Positions 20,775 to 30,908 of a stretch of DNA of 64,000 bases are shown one piece after another; position 1 is the stretch's first letter; the number at the start of each line of letters is the position of its first letter. Position numbers and translations under genes: made by a program. The stretch spans positions 52,069-116,068 of the forward strand of contig JAITGC010000078.1 in assembly GCA_031280915.1 (NCBI GenBank), written 5' to 3'. This stretch comes from Desulfovibrio sp. (GTDB lineage Bacteria > Desulfobacterota > Desulfovibrionia > Desulfovibrionales > Desulfovibrionaceae). Below the pieces are notes generated by a model. That model searched no databases and was not told where the DNA came from. It was given only the letters and a program-made list of their open reading frames with translations.

Positions 20775-21059
20775 ATGTCCATTGATTTTGTGGTTCACGA
20801 GGAAGCCGACGGAGTCGGCGTGGTGGTGGTGGAAGGGTTGAAGGCCGGGACAAAGTGCGCCGGCTGGATTATGCAGGAAGACAAAACCGTTGCTTTTACA
20901 GTGCTTGACGATATTCCCATCGGGCACAAAGTGGCCCTGAAGGATTTCGCTGTGGGCGACACCGTAATCAAGTACAACACGGACATCGGCAAGGTGGTGG
21001 CCCCCATCAAAAAGGGCGCTCATCTCCATGTGCACAATGTGAAGACCAAGAGGTGGTAA
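20775..21059 (+). CDS. suyA: (2R)-sulfolactate sulfo-lyase small subunit (SAF domain)
   Basis: 94 aa after AAGGAG; [30 protein letters not shown]; immediately upstream of suyB. Confidence 0.88.
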   Translation: MSIDFVVHEEADGVGVVVVEGLKAGTKCAGWIMQEDKTVAFTVLDDIPIGHKVALKDFAVGDTVIKYNTDIGKVVAPIKKGAHLHVHNVKTKRW

Positions 21060-21063
21060 GACC

Positions 21064-22224
21064 ATGCAAAAGACATTTTTCGGCTATCGCCGCGACAACG
21101 GCCGTGTGGGCGTTCGCAATCACGTCGTCATCCTGCCCCTTGACGACCTCTCCAACGCGGCCTGCGAGGCTGTGTCCAACAACATCAAGGGCACGCTGCC
21201 GCTGCCCCACGCTTACGGCCGCCTGCAATTCGGCGAAGACCTGGATTTGCACTTCCGCACGCTTATAGGCATCGGCCGTAACCCCAATGTGGCGGCAGTG
21301 GTCGTCATCGGCATCGAGCCGGTCTGGACGCAGCGGATTGTGGACGGCATCGCCGCAACCGGCAAGCCTGTGGCTGGCTTCGGCATAGAGCAGCACGGAG
21401 ATCTGGAAACCATCATGCTGGCTTCCAGAAAAGCCAAGGAGTTCGTCCACTACGCCACGGAACTGCAACGTGTGGAGTGCGGGGTCAACGAGCTTTGGGT
21501 TTCGTGCAAGTGCGGGGAGTCGGACACCACTTCTGGCATCGCTTCCAACCCCACGGTGGGCAACGCCTTCGACAAGCTTTGGCAAGCGGGCGCGACGACG
21601 GTTTTCGGCGAAACGACGGAGATCACGGGAGGCGAGCATCTGGTCATGGCCCGTTGCGCCAATGAAGAAGTGCGGGCCAAATTCAAATTCTTTTTTGACC
21701 GCTACGCCAAGGTTGTGGATGACCACAAGGTTGACGATCTGTGTGACTCCCAGCCGACCAAGGGCAATATTGAAGGCGGTTTGACGACCATTGAAGAAAA
21801 GGCCCTGGGCAATGTGCAGAAGATCGGCCGCAAAGCGCCGGTGATCGGGTGCCTGGACAAGGCGGAATCCCCCACCGGGCCTGGCCTCTGGTTTATGGAC
21901 TCGTCCTCGGCGGCCGCGGAAATGGTCACCCTGGTGGCGGCCGCCGGCTTTGTGGTGCACTTTTTCCCCACAGGGCAGGGCAATATCATCGGCAATCCCG
22001 TTCTGCCGGTCATCAAACTTTCGGCCAACCCGCGCACGGTGCGCACCATGAACGAACACATCGACGTGGACGTTTCGGGTATTCTGCGCCGGGAGATCAA
22101 TCTTGACCAGGCGGGTGACAAGCTTCTTGACATGATGTTCAGAACATGCAACGGTCGCAACACGTCGGCCGAAGCGCTCGGACACAGAGAGTTCATCATG
22201 ACGAAACTCTACGAAAGCGCGTAA
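21064..22224 (+). CDS. suyB: (2R)-sulfolactate sulfo-lyase large subunit (UxaA family)
   Basis: [80 protein letters not shown]: SuyB-type signature. Confidence 0.9.
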   Translation: MQKTFFGYRRDNGRVGVRNHVVILPLDDLSNAACEAVSNNIKGTLPLPHAYGRLQFGEDLDLHFRTLIGIGRNPNVAAVVVIGIEPVWTQRIVDGIAATGKPVAGFGIEQHGDLETIMLASRKAKEFVHYATELQRVECGVNELWVSCKCGESDTTSGIASNPTVGNAFDKLWQAGATTVFGETTEITGGEHLVMARCANEEVRAKFKFFFDRYAKVVDDHKVDDLCDSQPTKGNIEGGLTTIEEKALGNVQKIGRKAPVIGCLDKAESPTGPGLWFMDSSSAAAEMVTLVAAAGFVVHFFPTGQGNIIGNPVLPVIKLSANPRTVRTMNEHIDVDVSGILRREINLDQAGDKLLDMMFRTCNGRNTSAEALGHREFIMTKLYESA

Positions 22225-22252
22225 CCGATGCCGAAGTATTGGATCCTCCACA

Positions 22253-22299
22253 CCGTGCCGTACCGCATGACCAGCAGGTGGTTGTGCGGTACGGTACGG
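22253..22299 (+). other. Long stem-loop after suyB
   Basis: CCGTGCCGTACCGCATGACCA-GCAGG-TGGTTGTGCGGTACGGTACGG, with G-U pairs. Confidence 0.55.
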
Positions 22300-22406
22300 A
22301 TTCGTGATTTCCACTTCCCTTCCCAGGCAAATATTGAGGACGTTTTTGTGCGCTTGAGCCGCGCAAAAACCGTTCTCCAACATTATCGCATCCATAAGGA
22401 GACCTT

Positions 22407-23354
22407 ATGAAATCCCGTTTCTTTGCTCCTTTGCTTCTGTTTGCGGCCGTCATTATGCTGACGGCGGCGTCGGTTGAGGCGGCCTATCCCGAAAAACCCG
22501 TGACCATGATCATCGCCTTCACGGCTGGCGGCTCCAGCGACGTGCAGGCCCGCATTATGGAAAAATACTGGAACAAATACGTACCCCAACAGAAATGGGT
22601 CTTCGTCTATAAACCCGGAGCGGGCGGAGCCATCGGTTTCGGTGAGATAGCCATGGCCAAAAAAGACGGCTACACCATCGGCGGCATCAACATTCCCCAT
22701 CTCATCATTCAGGCCGCCACCCAGAAGGCCCAGTTCAAAATGGACGACTTCGACTACATCTGCCAGGTGGTCAATGATCCGCAATGCGTTGTCGTCCGCA
22801 AAGACAACAAGCTGAAAAGCGCGAAGGAAATTTTCGAGTACGCGGCGGCCAACCCCGGCAAACTCAAGGTCGGCCTTGTGGGCCCCAACAGCGGACATCA
22901 TCTGATGTATCTTGATGTGAAGAAAAAATACGGCTTTCCGGTTACGGAAATCTTCTACAAAGGCGCTGCCGATCAGAACGCGGCCCTGCTCGGCGGAGAA
23001 ATTGACGTCATGCTCGGCAATCTGAACGACGTCATGCGCAGTTTGGAAGAAATGCGCGTTCTGGCCATCGCCGCCGAAAAACGCAATGATTTTCTGCCCG
23101 ATGTGCCCACTTTGAGAGAACAGGGCTATGACGTTCTTTCAGACATACGCCGCGCCTTTGTCGCTCCCAAGGGCATACCTTCCGCCGATCTGGCTTTTCT
23201 GCGCGAGACTTTCAAAAAAATCTGCCTGGATCCCGAATATCAGAAAGACATGAAAACAGCGGGGCAGCCCGGCGAATACCTGGAAGGGCCGGCCCTGTTC
23301 GAACACATGCGCTCTCTTGAAGCCGACATCAGGGAGGCTTTCGCCAAAAAATAA
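22407..23354 (+). CDS. tctC: Tripartite tricarboxylate transporter substrate-binding protein (TctC/Bug)
   Basis: Signal peptide; YPEKPVTMIIAFTAGGSSD, KPGAGGAIG, DGYTIG, ALLGGEID, PDVPTLREQG. Confidence 0.92.
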   Translation: MKSRFFAPLLLFAAVIMLTAASVEAAYPEKPVTMIIAFTAGGSSDVQARIMEKYWNKYVPQQKWVFVYKPGAGGAIGFGEIAMAKKDGYTIGGINIPHLIIQAATQKAQFKMDDFDYICQVVNDPQCVVVRKDNKLKSAKEIFEYAAANPGKLKVGLVGPNSGHHLMYLDVKKKYGFPVTEIFYKGAADQNAALLGGEIDVMLGNLNDVMRSLEEMRVLAIAAEKRNDFLPDVPTLREQGYDVLSDIRRAFVAPKGIPSADLAFLRETFKKICLDPEYQKDMKTAGQPGEYLEGPALFEHMRSLEADIREAFAKK

Positions 23355-23363
23355 TCGACTTGC

Positions 23364-23405
23364 GGCCATTTTTCAGCGCCGCCGTAACGGCGCTGAAAAA
23401 TGGCC
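23364..23405 (+). terminator. Perfect hairpin after tctC
   Basis: GGCCATTTTTCAGCGCCG..CGGCGCTGAAAAATGGCC. Confidence 0.55.
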
Positions 23406-23454
23406 CTGAACTCACGCCTTCGCAGTGAACAGCGAGGCATTTACCCCGGCCGCC

Positions 23455-23482
23455 AGATCAATTCCAAAATAAAATTGATCTA
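23455..23482. repeat. Minimal 9-9-9 palindrome of the repeat family (or an operator)
   Basis: AGATCAATT-N9-AATTGATCT upstream of tctA. Confidence 0.45.
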
Positions 23483-23507
23483 AAATCACAATAACAAGGA
23501 TTTCCTC

Positions 23508-25508
23508 ATGAGTGAATTCATTTTGCCCGCCCTGGCAAATCTCTGCAATCCGCTCAATATCCTGCTGATGCTCGGCGGCCTCGCCGGGGGAATCATCATC
23601 GGCGCGTTGCCTGGGCTCACGGCCACCATGGGCGTGGCCCTCATGGTGCCCGTCACCTTTGTCATGGATACGACCAGTGGCTTGGTAATGCTTGGGGCCA
23701 TTTATGTGGGCGCCATTTACGGCGGCTCCAATTCGGCATGCCTCATCTGCACGCCGGGAACGCCGTCTTCCGTAGCCACCACCTTTGACGGCTGGCCCAT
23801 GTGTCAGGCCGGCAAGGCGGACAAAGCCCTGATCACCTCCCTGCTTTCCTCTTCTTTTGGCGGTATCGTGGGTACCTTTGCCCTGCTTTTTCTCGCGGCC
23901 CCCCTGGCCCGCTTCGCGCTCAAATTCGGCGGTCCGGAAAATTTCTGGCTTTGCCTCTTCGGCCTTTCGACCATCGCTGTCATGTCTTCAGGCAACATGT
24001 TCAAGGGCCTTGTTTCCGGCGGCATCGGCATGCTGGTGGCCACAATCGGTCTTGATCCGCACATGGCCGTGCCGCGTTTCACCTTCGGCTATTATCCGCT
24101 GGTGCAGGGTGTGGAAGTCATCCCCGCCATGATCGGCCTTTTTTCCATCTCCCAGGTGCTTTATCTTGTCGGCAGCTACAAACCTTTTCTTGCGCGGTAC
24201 AATCCCACTCCCGGCGTTTTCGGCATTGTGGCGCGCGAGTTGTTGGGCAAATGCAAAACAGTGCTGCTGCGTTCTTCGTTCATCGGCACGCTGGTGGGCA
24301 TGCTGCCGGGCGCGGGAGGAGAAATCGCCTCCATCATCGCCTACAACGAAAGCAAACGCTGGGACAAACAGCCTGAGCGTTACGGCACAGGCGTCGTGGA
24401 GGGCGTGGCCTCCAGCGAGAGCGCCAACAACGCCGTCATCGGCGGGTCTCTCATTCCCATGCTGACTCTGGGCATTCCCGGCAGCGCCGTGGCCGCCGTC
24501 ATCCTCGGCGCCCTGCTGGCCAAGGGCATTCAGCCTGGTTTCAAGGTGTTCACGGTTAGCGGTGAACTCGCCTATACCTTTATCCTGTCGCAGTTCGCCG
24601 TAAATCTGCTCATGATTCCCGTGGGGCTGCTGCTCGTCAGGCTGCTGGTGCGCCTGCTCAGCGTACGTCTCACCCATGTGGCCATCAGTATCGTGCTGCT
24701 TTCGGTCATCGGCTCTTACGCCATACGCAACAGCATGCTGGATGTCTGGATCGCCCTGCTCTTCGGCGTATTCGGCTGGTTCTGCAACAGAGTCAAGCTG
24801 GATACGGGAGCTATGGCTCTCGGCATTATCCTGGGGCCGATGATTGAGGAAAATTTCGGTAAATGCGTCAGCCTCGCCAAGGCGCCGGGTTCTTCAATTC
24901 CCCAGGTCTTTCTGGACAGTCCCATCGCTCTTGTTCTGATCTGCCTGACCTTGCTTTCTCTGGGCACACCCTTCCTTATGCGCCTGCGCCGCCAACGCCC
25001 TGTGACGGAAACCGCCCCGTCCGCACAGTCCACCCCGGCCGCCGGGGTGGACTGGTTGAAAGACATACTGGCTGGATTTTTTACCCTTTTGATTTCAGCG
25101 GTGTTTTTTACCCAAGTCTTCGAACTGGAGGATGTGGGCCGGAACTATGCCCTGCTGCTTCTCGCCTTTATCATCCTGATGGGTTTGTATCTCTGCGTTC
25201 AGGGTCTTTTGGGTAAGCGCCTCTGGGGTGGGGGAGCTTCGTCCGGAAATGGGGACGAGCCGGTGGTCATGCGTCGCGTGGCCGTGATTATCGCCGCTTC
25301 CGCCGCTTACGCGGGCTTTATTCCCATTCTCGGCTTTTATCCGGCCAGCGCCTTCTTTCTCTGTCTTTCGGCCATAGTTTTGAACGATTCCGAAGGTTCA
25401 CCCTATTTTGCGGCTTGTCTGCTGACGCTGGTGATGTGTCTGGCCGTATGGCTTGTTTTTACCATGTTGCTGGGCGTACCGACGCCGGAGAGCATGCTGT
25501 TTCAATGA
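23508..25508 (+). CDS. Tripartite tricarboxylate transporter permease, TctA-TctB fusion
   Basis: TctA motifs GALPGLTATMGVA, TPGTPSS.ATTFDG, ESANNA, PMLTLGIPG over about 490 aa; linker; then about 150 aa of 4-5 TM TctB-like sequence ending LGFYPAS...FTMLLGVPTP. Confidence 0.88.
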   Translation: MSEFILPALANLCNPLNILLMLGGLAGGIIIGALPGLTATMGVALMVPVTFVMDTTSGLVMLGAIYVGAIYGGSNSACLICTPGTPSSVATTFDGWPMCQAGKADKALITSLLSSSFGGIVGTFALLFLAAPLARFALKFGGPENFWLCLFGLSTIAVMSSGNMFKGLVSGGIGMLVATIGLDPHMAVPRFTFGYYPLVQGVEVIPAMIGLFSISQVLYLVGSYKPFLARYNPTPGVFGIVARELLGKCKTVLLRSSFIGTLVGMLPGAGGEIASIIAYNESKRWDKQPERYGTGVVEGVASSESANNAVIGGSLIPMLTLGIPGSAVAAVILGALLAKGIQPGFKVFTVSGELAYTFILSQFAVNLLMIPVGLLLVRLLVRLLSVRLTHVAISIVLLSVIGSYAIRNSMLDVWIALLFGVFGWFCNRVKLDTGAMALGIILGPMIEENFGKCVSLAKAPGSSIPQVFLDSPIALVLICLTLLSLGTPFLMRLRRQRPVTETAPSAQSTPAAGVDWLKDILAGFFTLLISAVFFTQVFELEDVGRNYALLLLAFIILMGLYLCVQGLLGKRLWGGGASSGNGDEPVVMRRVAVIIAASAAYAGFIPILGFYPASAFFLCLSAIVLNDSEGSPYFAACLLTLVMCLAVWLVFTMLLGVPTPESMLFQ

Positions 25509-25546
25509 TATTGCCAAAGGGGCACCCTTTGAAACCGGGTGCCCCC

Positions 25547-25673
25547 AGATTGATGACAAACCCCGCAAAGCCGGGTTTTGTAAAGGCACGCCCCCTTCGG
25601 AGCCTCGCGGCGCAAGTGAATTGCGCCTGCCCCTCGCGGCGGAGCGCTGCCAAAGCGCCTTTGTCAACGCTCT
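25547..25673. mobile_element. MITE-like 127-bp insertion inside a duplicated terminator hairpin
   Basis: Imperfect terminal IRs AGATTGATGACAAA / TTTGTCAACGCTCT; flanked on both sides by GGGCACCC..TGAAACCGGGTGCCCC. Confidence 0.6.
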
Positions 25674-25722
25674 CGGGCACCCGCTGAAACCGGGTGCCCC
25701 TTTGTTTGACGCTGGCTTGGAA

Positions 25723-26739
25723 TTACAGGCCTTTGTCCCGCATCAGGCCGATGAGGTCGCAGACCCGATTGGAATAGCCCCATTCGTTGTCATACCAGGC
25801 GACCACCTTGACCATCCGGCCGTCCTGCACGGTGGTGTAGGGGGCCTCCAGAATGGAAGAAGCCGGATTGCCCTTGAAATCCATGGAAACCAAGGGCTTG
25901 TCGTTGTATTCCAGAATACCTTTGAGATAGCTTTCCGAAGCGGTCTTGAGCTTGCCGAGCAATGTTTCGGTGTCTGTTTCCTTTTCCAGAATGCCGGAAA
26001 AATCCACCACCGATACTGTAGGTGTGGGCACACGCAGGGAATAGCCGCTGAACTTGCCTTTGAGTTCCGGTATTACCTTGGCCACAGCCTGGGCCGCGCC
26101 TGTTGACGTGGGGATGATGTTGCAGGCGGCGGCGCGGGCGCGACGCGGGTCTTTGTGGGCCATGTCCAGAATGCGCTGGTCGTTGGTATAGGCATGGATG
26201 GTAACCATATTGCCTATCTGTATGCCGAATTGGCGTTGCAGCACCAGGGCCACAGGGGCAAGGCAGTTGGTGGTGCAGGAGGCGTTGGAAACCACGTGGT
26301 GTTTGGCCGGATCATATTGATCGTGATTGACGCCCATGACAACGGTGAGATCTTCTTCTTTGGCGGGAGCGGTGATGATGACTTTTTTCGCTCCGTTTTC
26401 CAGATGTATGGCGGCCTGTTTGGCGCTGCGGAAAATGCCCGTGCTTTCCACAACAATATCCACTCCGTATTCACGCCAGACAAGATTGGCGGGGTCACGC
26501 TCGGCAAAGCAGTGTATGTTCCAGTCTCCGACCTTTACTTCTTGCCCGTTGACCTTGGCGTCCAAAAAGCCTCTGCCGTAAACGGAGTCGTATTCAGCCA
26601 GATGAAAATTCGTTTCCGCGTCGAACAGGTCGTTAATGGCCGTAATCGCGACGGAATCCCGAAAATTCCTGTGCAGGGCGCGAAATACCTGGCGGCCTAT
26701 ACGTCCGAAGCCATTGATGCCAACATTGATTTTTTTCAT
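25723..26739 (-). CDS. gap: Type I glyceraldehyde-3-phosphate dehydrogenase
   Basis: [41 protein letters not shown]. Confidence 0.97.
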   Translation of the reverse strand: MKKINVGINGFGRIGRQVFRALHRNFRDSVAITAINDLFDAETNFHLAEYDSVYGRGFLDAKVNGQEVKVGDWNIHCFAERDPANLVWREYGVDIVVESTGIFRSAKQAAIHLENGAKKVIITAPAKEEDLTVVMGVNHDQYDPAKHHVVSNASCTTNCLAPVALVLQRQFGIQIGNMVTIHAYTNDQRILDMAHKDPRRARAAACNIIPTSTGAAQAVAKVIPELKGKFSGYSLRVPTPTVSVVDFSGILEKETDTETLLGKLKTASESYLKGILEYNDKPLVSMDFKGNPASSILEAPYTTVQDGRMVKVVAWYDNEWGYSNRVCDLIGLMRDKGL

Positions 26740-26752
26740 GTCAGTCTCCTTG

Positions 26753-27307
26753 CTAGTCTTCGTAAACCGAATAGGCGTGCTTTGCCATCAGTTCATAATT
26801 GTTGCGCAGCGCTTCGTGCAGGCGCGCGTTTTCAATGGCCACCGTGGAAACAGCGGCAACAGCTTCCATAAAGGTCTGCTCGTCGGCGGTGAATTCCCGC
26901 TCAACGGCGGAATAAACGCGGATGAGGCCGATGGCTTTGCCGTTGACCATGAGCGGGGCGGACAGCACGGAAACAAGCCCTTCGCTCTTGGCGGATTCGG
27001 GGTATTGAAAACGTCCGTCGGCTGCGGCATCCTTGAGATGGATGATTTTGCCCGCCAACACCTCGCTGTCCATGCCGCTACGTTTGATCTCCACCGGCCC
27101 CTTGCGCATGTATTTCTCTGAAAGGCCGTAGGCCGCGCTCGGCAGCAGAAAACGCCCCGTGCTGTCGAGCAGACGGATGGTGCTGGCTTTGCAGCCCATG
27201 GCAACAGCGGTCTGTTCTGTAATTTTGCGCAGGACATGCCCTGGCTCAAGGCTGGAGTTGATCACCAGCGCCACATCTCTGAGAGCGCGAAAAAAATCTT
27301 GTGCCAT
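26753..27307 (-). CDS. Stand-alone GAF domain protein
   Basis: MAQDFF start after AAGGAG; SSLE..VL..I, D.RF.YP...[20 protein letters not shown]; 13 bp upstream of gap. Confidence 0.85.
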   Translation of the reverse strand: MAQDFFRALRDVALVINSSLEPGHVLRKITEQTAVAMGCKASTIRLLDSTGRFLLPSAAYGLSEKYMRKGPVEIKRSGMDSEVLAGKIIHLKDAAADGRFQYPESAKSEGLVSVLSAPLMVNGKAIGLIRVYSAVEREFTADEQTFMEAVAAVSTVAIENARLHEALRNNYELMAKHAYSVYED

Positions 27308-27475
27308 CTCAATCTCCTTATGGTTATGCCCGCATCCCGTAGACAAACGTACACATGGGTATGGTCAGCTTCGGAGACACGGCCCCAAATAAAGCCGTTC
27401 CTGACCTAGTGCCTGAATTTTCGGCATAATGCAAGCGGCCGGGTTTTGTTTCCCCAGCCCTACCGCATGGGGGAT

Positions 27476-27844
27476 TCAATCCCGCTTTGACCCTTCCGGA
27501 GTTTTCGCGGCGTTTTTGCCCGATGTCTTCATCCGCACCTGGCCTTCAATAATGCCGCCCTCTTCAGTGAGGAGCGCGGGGCTTTGCACGACGCCTTCCA
27601 GAATGCCGGTGGGGTATACCACAACCCGGCGTTTGGCCGTAACCTCTCCGTTGAAGCGACCGGACAGGAGCAATTCCCCCACTTGCAACACGCCGTCAAC
27701 GCAGGCGTCCTTGCCGACATTCAGGGTGCCGTCGCTGATGATTTCACCGGTAAATCTGCCTTCAACGCGCACAGTTCCCTTGAAGGAAAGCTTGCCTTCA
27801 TACACCGTATCGGCCCCCAGAAAGGCGATTTCTTCCTTGCCCAT
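27476..27844 (-). CDS. Bactofilin (polymer-forming cytoskeletal protein)
   Basis: MGKEEIAFLGADTVYEGKLSFKGTVRVEGRFTGEI...GGIIEGQVRM beta-helix repeats; AGGAG upstream. Confidence 0.88.
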   Translation of the reverse strand: MGKEEIAFLGADTVYEGKLSFKGTVRVEGRFTGEIISDGTLNVGKDACVDGVLQVGELLLSGRFNGEVTAKRRVVVYPTGILEGVVQSPALLTEEGGIIEGQVRMKTSGKNAAKTPEGSKRD

Positions 27845-27867
27845 AGTTGACTCCTGTAATGCAAGAC

Positions 27868-28974
27868 CTAACCTTTGAACATGAAACGCCGCATGGACAC
27901 ATTGAGCACAATGCCTATAAGGGTAAAATTGAGCACAGTGGCGCTGCCTCCGTAGCTGATGAAAGGCAGGGGTATGCCCACCACCGGCATCATCCCGAGC
28001 ACCATGGCTGTATTGATAAAGATTTGCCAGAAAAAATAAAAGAACACTCCCACCACGAGCAGGCTGCCAAAGCGATCCTTGGCCTGTGATGCCGTGGAGA
28101 AAATGCCCAGCAAAAAAAGACAGAACAGCGATACCAGTATGAGACAGCCCACAAATCCCCATTCCTCGCCAAAAACGGCCACCGCGAAATCCGAATGCCG
28201 CTCCGGCAGAAAACGGAGCTGACTCTGTGTGCCTTCCGTAAAGCCCTTGCCCCAAAGCTCTCCGGAGCCGACGGCAATGCGTGACTGCAGAATGTGGTAA
28301 CCTGTGCCGCGTGGGTCATTGCCGGGGTCCAGAAATGTCAGAATACGTTGGCGCTGGTAATCGCGCATGCCCGCAAACCACATGAAGGCCGCCGCGCAGG
28401 GAGCAAGAAACAGGCAGGTTTTGAAAACATACCCGCGCAGTCCGTGGAACAAAACCATGCCGGTCAAAATCAGCAGTATCATCAGCGTTGTACCGAGATC
28501 CGGCTGAAGAAGGATAAAGGCGCAAGGCAACACAGCCACGCCGATGACGCTGAAAAAATTTTTCCAGCCAAGGGGCTGCGTTTCGCGTGAAAGAATACGG
28601 GCGGTAATCAGCAGTATCGCCAATTTGGCCGCTTCCGAAGGCTGAATGCTCATGAAGCCCAGCGAGAGCCAGCGTTTCGCGCCGTAAATACTTTTGCCGG
28701 CCACCGGCACCAGCAAAAGCAGCACGAGCGTAATGAGGAAAAACGGCCAAGCGAGGTTGCGCAGTCTGCGGTAGTCAAAACTCATGGCGGCCACCATGCC
28801 GCAGAGGCCGCATGCTCCCCAGATAAGCTGGCGCTGGTAAAAACCGGAAAAGGTCATGCCGCTGTCCAGCCGTGTCCCGCTTGCCGAATAAAGGTTGATG
28901 ACTCCCGTCAAATAGAGCAGGAGCATGAGAGCGAGAAGGCTCCAGTTAATATAGCCGAAAAGACGCGTATCCAT
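27868..28974 (-). CDS. rodA: Rod shape-determining SEDS protein RodA
   Basis: GAKRWL, IQPSEAAK, LQPDLGT, FLPERHSDF, GIPLPFISYGGS. Confidence 0.96.
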   Translation of the reverse strand: MDTRLFGYINWSLLALMLLLYLTGVINLYSASGTRLDSGMTFSGFYQRQLIWGACGLCGMVAAMSFDYRRLRNLAWPFFLITLVLLLLVPVAGKSIYGAKRWLSLGFMSIQPSEAAKLAILLITARILSRETQPLGWKNFFSVIGVAVLPCAFILLQPDLGTTLMILLILTGMVLFHGLRGYVFKTCLFLAPCAAAFMWFAGMRDYQRQRILTFLDPGNDPRGTGYHILQSRIAVGSGELWGKGFTEGTQSQLRFLPERHSDFAVAVFGEEWGFVGCLILVSLFCLFLLGIFSTASQAKDRFGSLLVVGVFFYFFWQIFINTAMVLGMMPVVGIPLPFISYGGSATVLNFTLIGIVLNVSMRRFMFKG

Positions 28975-29015
28975 ACTTCAGTCGCAAAGATGATTCTTTG
29001 TTTTGTGAGCGGGAA

Positions 29016-30908
29016 TCATTGCGCCGTCCTGGCGGTCAGCGCCGTACCGAGGCCGAAAAGATGATCGTAAATTTTTGAAGCCACCGGGCCGGCCACAGTG
29101 GAGCCGCCGCCGCCGTGCTCCACCATGACGACCACCACATAGCGTTTACCGCTTTTATTCCCCCAAGTGGCTATCCAGGCGTGGTCGCGCTGGGCGTACT
29201 CCATCTCCGCACTGCGCAGACGTCTGTCGCCGGCGGCCATTTTCAATTTAACCACCTGAGCTGTACCTGTTTTGCCGCCCATGTCGGCGTCTCCACGGGC
29301 GACAACGCGCGCTGTGCCGCCGGAGGCCGTCTGACGCATGGCGTTCACGATAAAATTTCTGGTTCTGTCGCTTGCGGGAAGCCGGCCGGTGACGACGCGC
29401 GCATCGTTCTCCAAAAGCTGGGGTTTGAGCAGGTCGCCACCGTTGAGCAGAGCCGACACGTACACCGCTATCTGCACAGGTGTGGTCAGAGTATATCCTT
29501 GGCCTATGGCGATATTGTAGGTTTCGCCGCGCACCCAGGGTTGGCCGAAGCGGCGGCGTTTCCAGGCGCGGGAGGGGACAAGGCCCGACCGTTCGTGGGG
29601 GAGGTCAATGCCGGTAGCGCGCCCGAAACCGCATGCCTTGGCAAAGGCTTCTATTTTGTCGATACCCAGTTTTTCGGCCATAAGATAAAAATATACATCG
29701 CAGGAAGACACAAGGGCGTTTTCCATGTTCATAACGCCGTGGCCGCCCTGCTTCCAGCAGCGAAAAATCTGCTCGCCCAGTTTGACCTGGCCGGAACAGG
29801 ACACGCTCTCCCTGGGGGATATTCCGTGCTCCAGAAACAGGGCGGCCATAACAAGTTTCCAAACCGAACCCGGAGGATAAACGCTTTGAATGACGCGATT
29901 CTGCAGAGGAAAGCGGTTGCTTGTGCGCAGAGCCTCCCAGTCGCGTTTGGATATCCCGGCCGCAAAAAGATTGTTGTCATAGGCGGGGGAGGTCACAAGG
30001 GCACGCAATTTTCCGGAATCCGGCTCCATAACAACCACGCAGCCGGCCTCGCCGCCCAAGGCGGCCCAAGCGGCTCGCTGAAGCGACAAATCCAGGGAGA
30101 GGCGCGCCTCGTGGCCGCCGCGCGGTTCTTTCTTCAAAAATTTCCCCAAGGCGCGGCCGTGGGCATCCACCTCCACATCATACAGACCTTTCTGGCCGCG
30201 CAGCCGTTTTTCCAGTTCCAGTTCCATACCCGCCTTGCCTACCAGATCGCCTGTAGCGAGGCTCGAATCCTCCCCCATTTCCTTTTCGTTGACCTCGGCC
30301 ACATAGCCCAGCACATGGGCAAAAATGTCTTTTTCCGGATAGTCGCGCTTGGTGCGCACCACAATTTCCAAGCCGGGCCAAGCGTATATTTCCGATTCAA
30401 TGCGGCTTAAAAGTTCAAAACTGATATCCGTGAGTATGAGAATCGGCTCGAAGGATTTGACCTTGAGACGATCCTGTTGATATTTTTCCCATATCTGGGC
30501 GCTAGGGATGCCGGACCAGACGCTTATCTGCGTGAGCGTGGCCGGGATGTCGCGGCAGTCTTCCCGTACCAGAGCAAGACCGCAAGCGGTACGGTTATCG
30601 GCGACGATTTTGCCGGCACTGTCCATAATGCGACCGCGCGGCGCGAAGATGCGCTCCTGACGCAGGCGGTTTTCCAGGGAGAGACGCGCGAATTCCTCCC
30701 CGCGTTGGATTTGCAGGTACCACAGGCGGGTTATCAGCACAAAGAACAGGACACCTATGCATATCTGCAGTAGAATAAGACCGCTGAGCGGCGGCTGATA
30801 ACCCTCGTTTTCCATCTGAATTTTCAGCCAGGAGCGGAAAAACCTCCCGCGTCCGGGAGGCGTCTGCTCCGGCCTGATTCCGGCAACGGCATTATTCAGC
30901 AGCTTCAT
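29016..30908 (-). CDS. mrdA: Penicillin-binding protein 2
   Basis: APRGRI.D, SxxK in YPPGSVWK, SCDVYFY, GKTGTAQV; start may lie further downstream. Confidence 0.95.
   Translation of the reverse strand: MKLLNNAVAGIRPEQTPPGRGRFFRSWLKIQMENEGYQPPLSGLILLQICIGVLFFVLITRLWYLQIQRGEEFARLSLENRLRQERIFAPRGRIMDSAGKIVADNRTACGLALVREDCRDIPATLTQISVWSGIPSAQIWEKYQQDRLKVKSFEPILILTDISFELLSRIESEIYAWPGLEIVVRTKRDYPEKDIFAHVLGYVAEVNEKEMGEDSSLATGDLVGKAGMELELEKRLRGQKGLYDVEVDAHGRALGKFLKKEPRGGHEARLSLDLSLQRAAWAALGGEAGCVVVMEPDSGKLRALVTSPAYDNNLFAAGISKRDWEALRTSNRFPLQNRVIQSVYPPGSVWKLVMAALFLEHGISPRESVSCSGQVKLGEQIFRCWKQGGHGVMNMENALVSSCDVYFYLMAEKLGIDKIEAFAKACGFGRATGIDLPHERSGLVPSRAWKRRRFGQPWVRGETYNIAIGQGYTLTTPVQIAVYVSALLNGGDLLKPQLLENDARVVTGRLPASDRTRNFIVNAMRQTASGGTARVVARGDADMGGKTGTAQVVKLKMAAGDRRLRSAEMEYAQRDHAWIATWGNKSGKRYVVVVMVEHGGGGSTVAGPVASKIYDHLFGLGTALTARTAQ

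Noticed and set aside
22228-22410. 60-aa ORF bridging suyB and tctC with an ATGA overlap
   Set aside because: No clear RBS or recognisable motifs; the region is explained by a long RNA hairpin, and tctC has its own AAGGAG.
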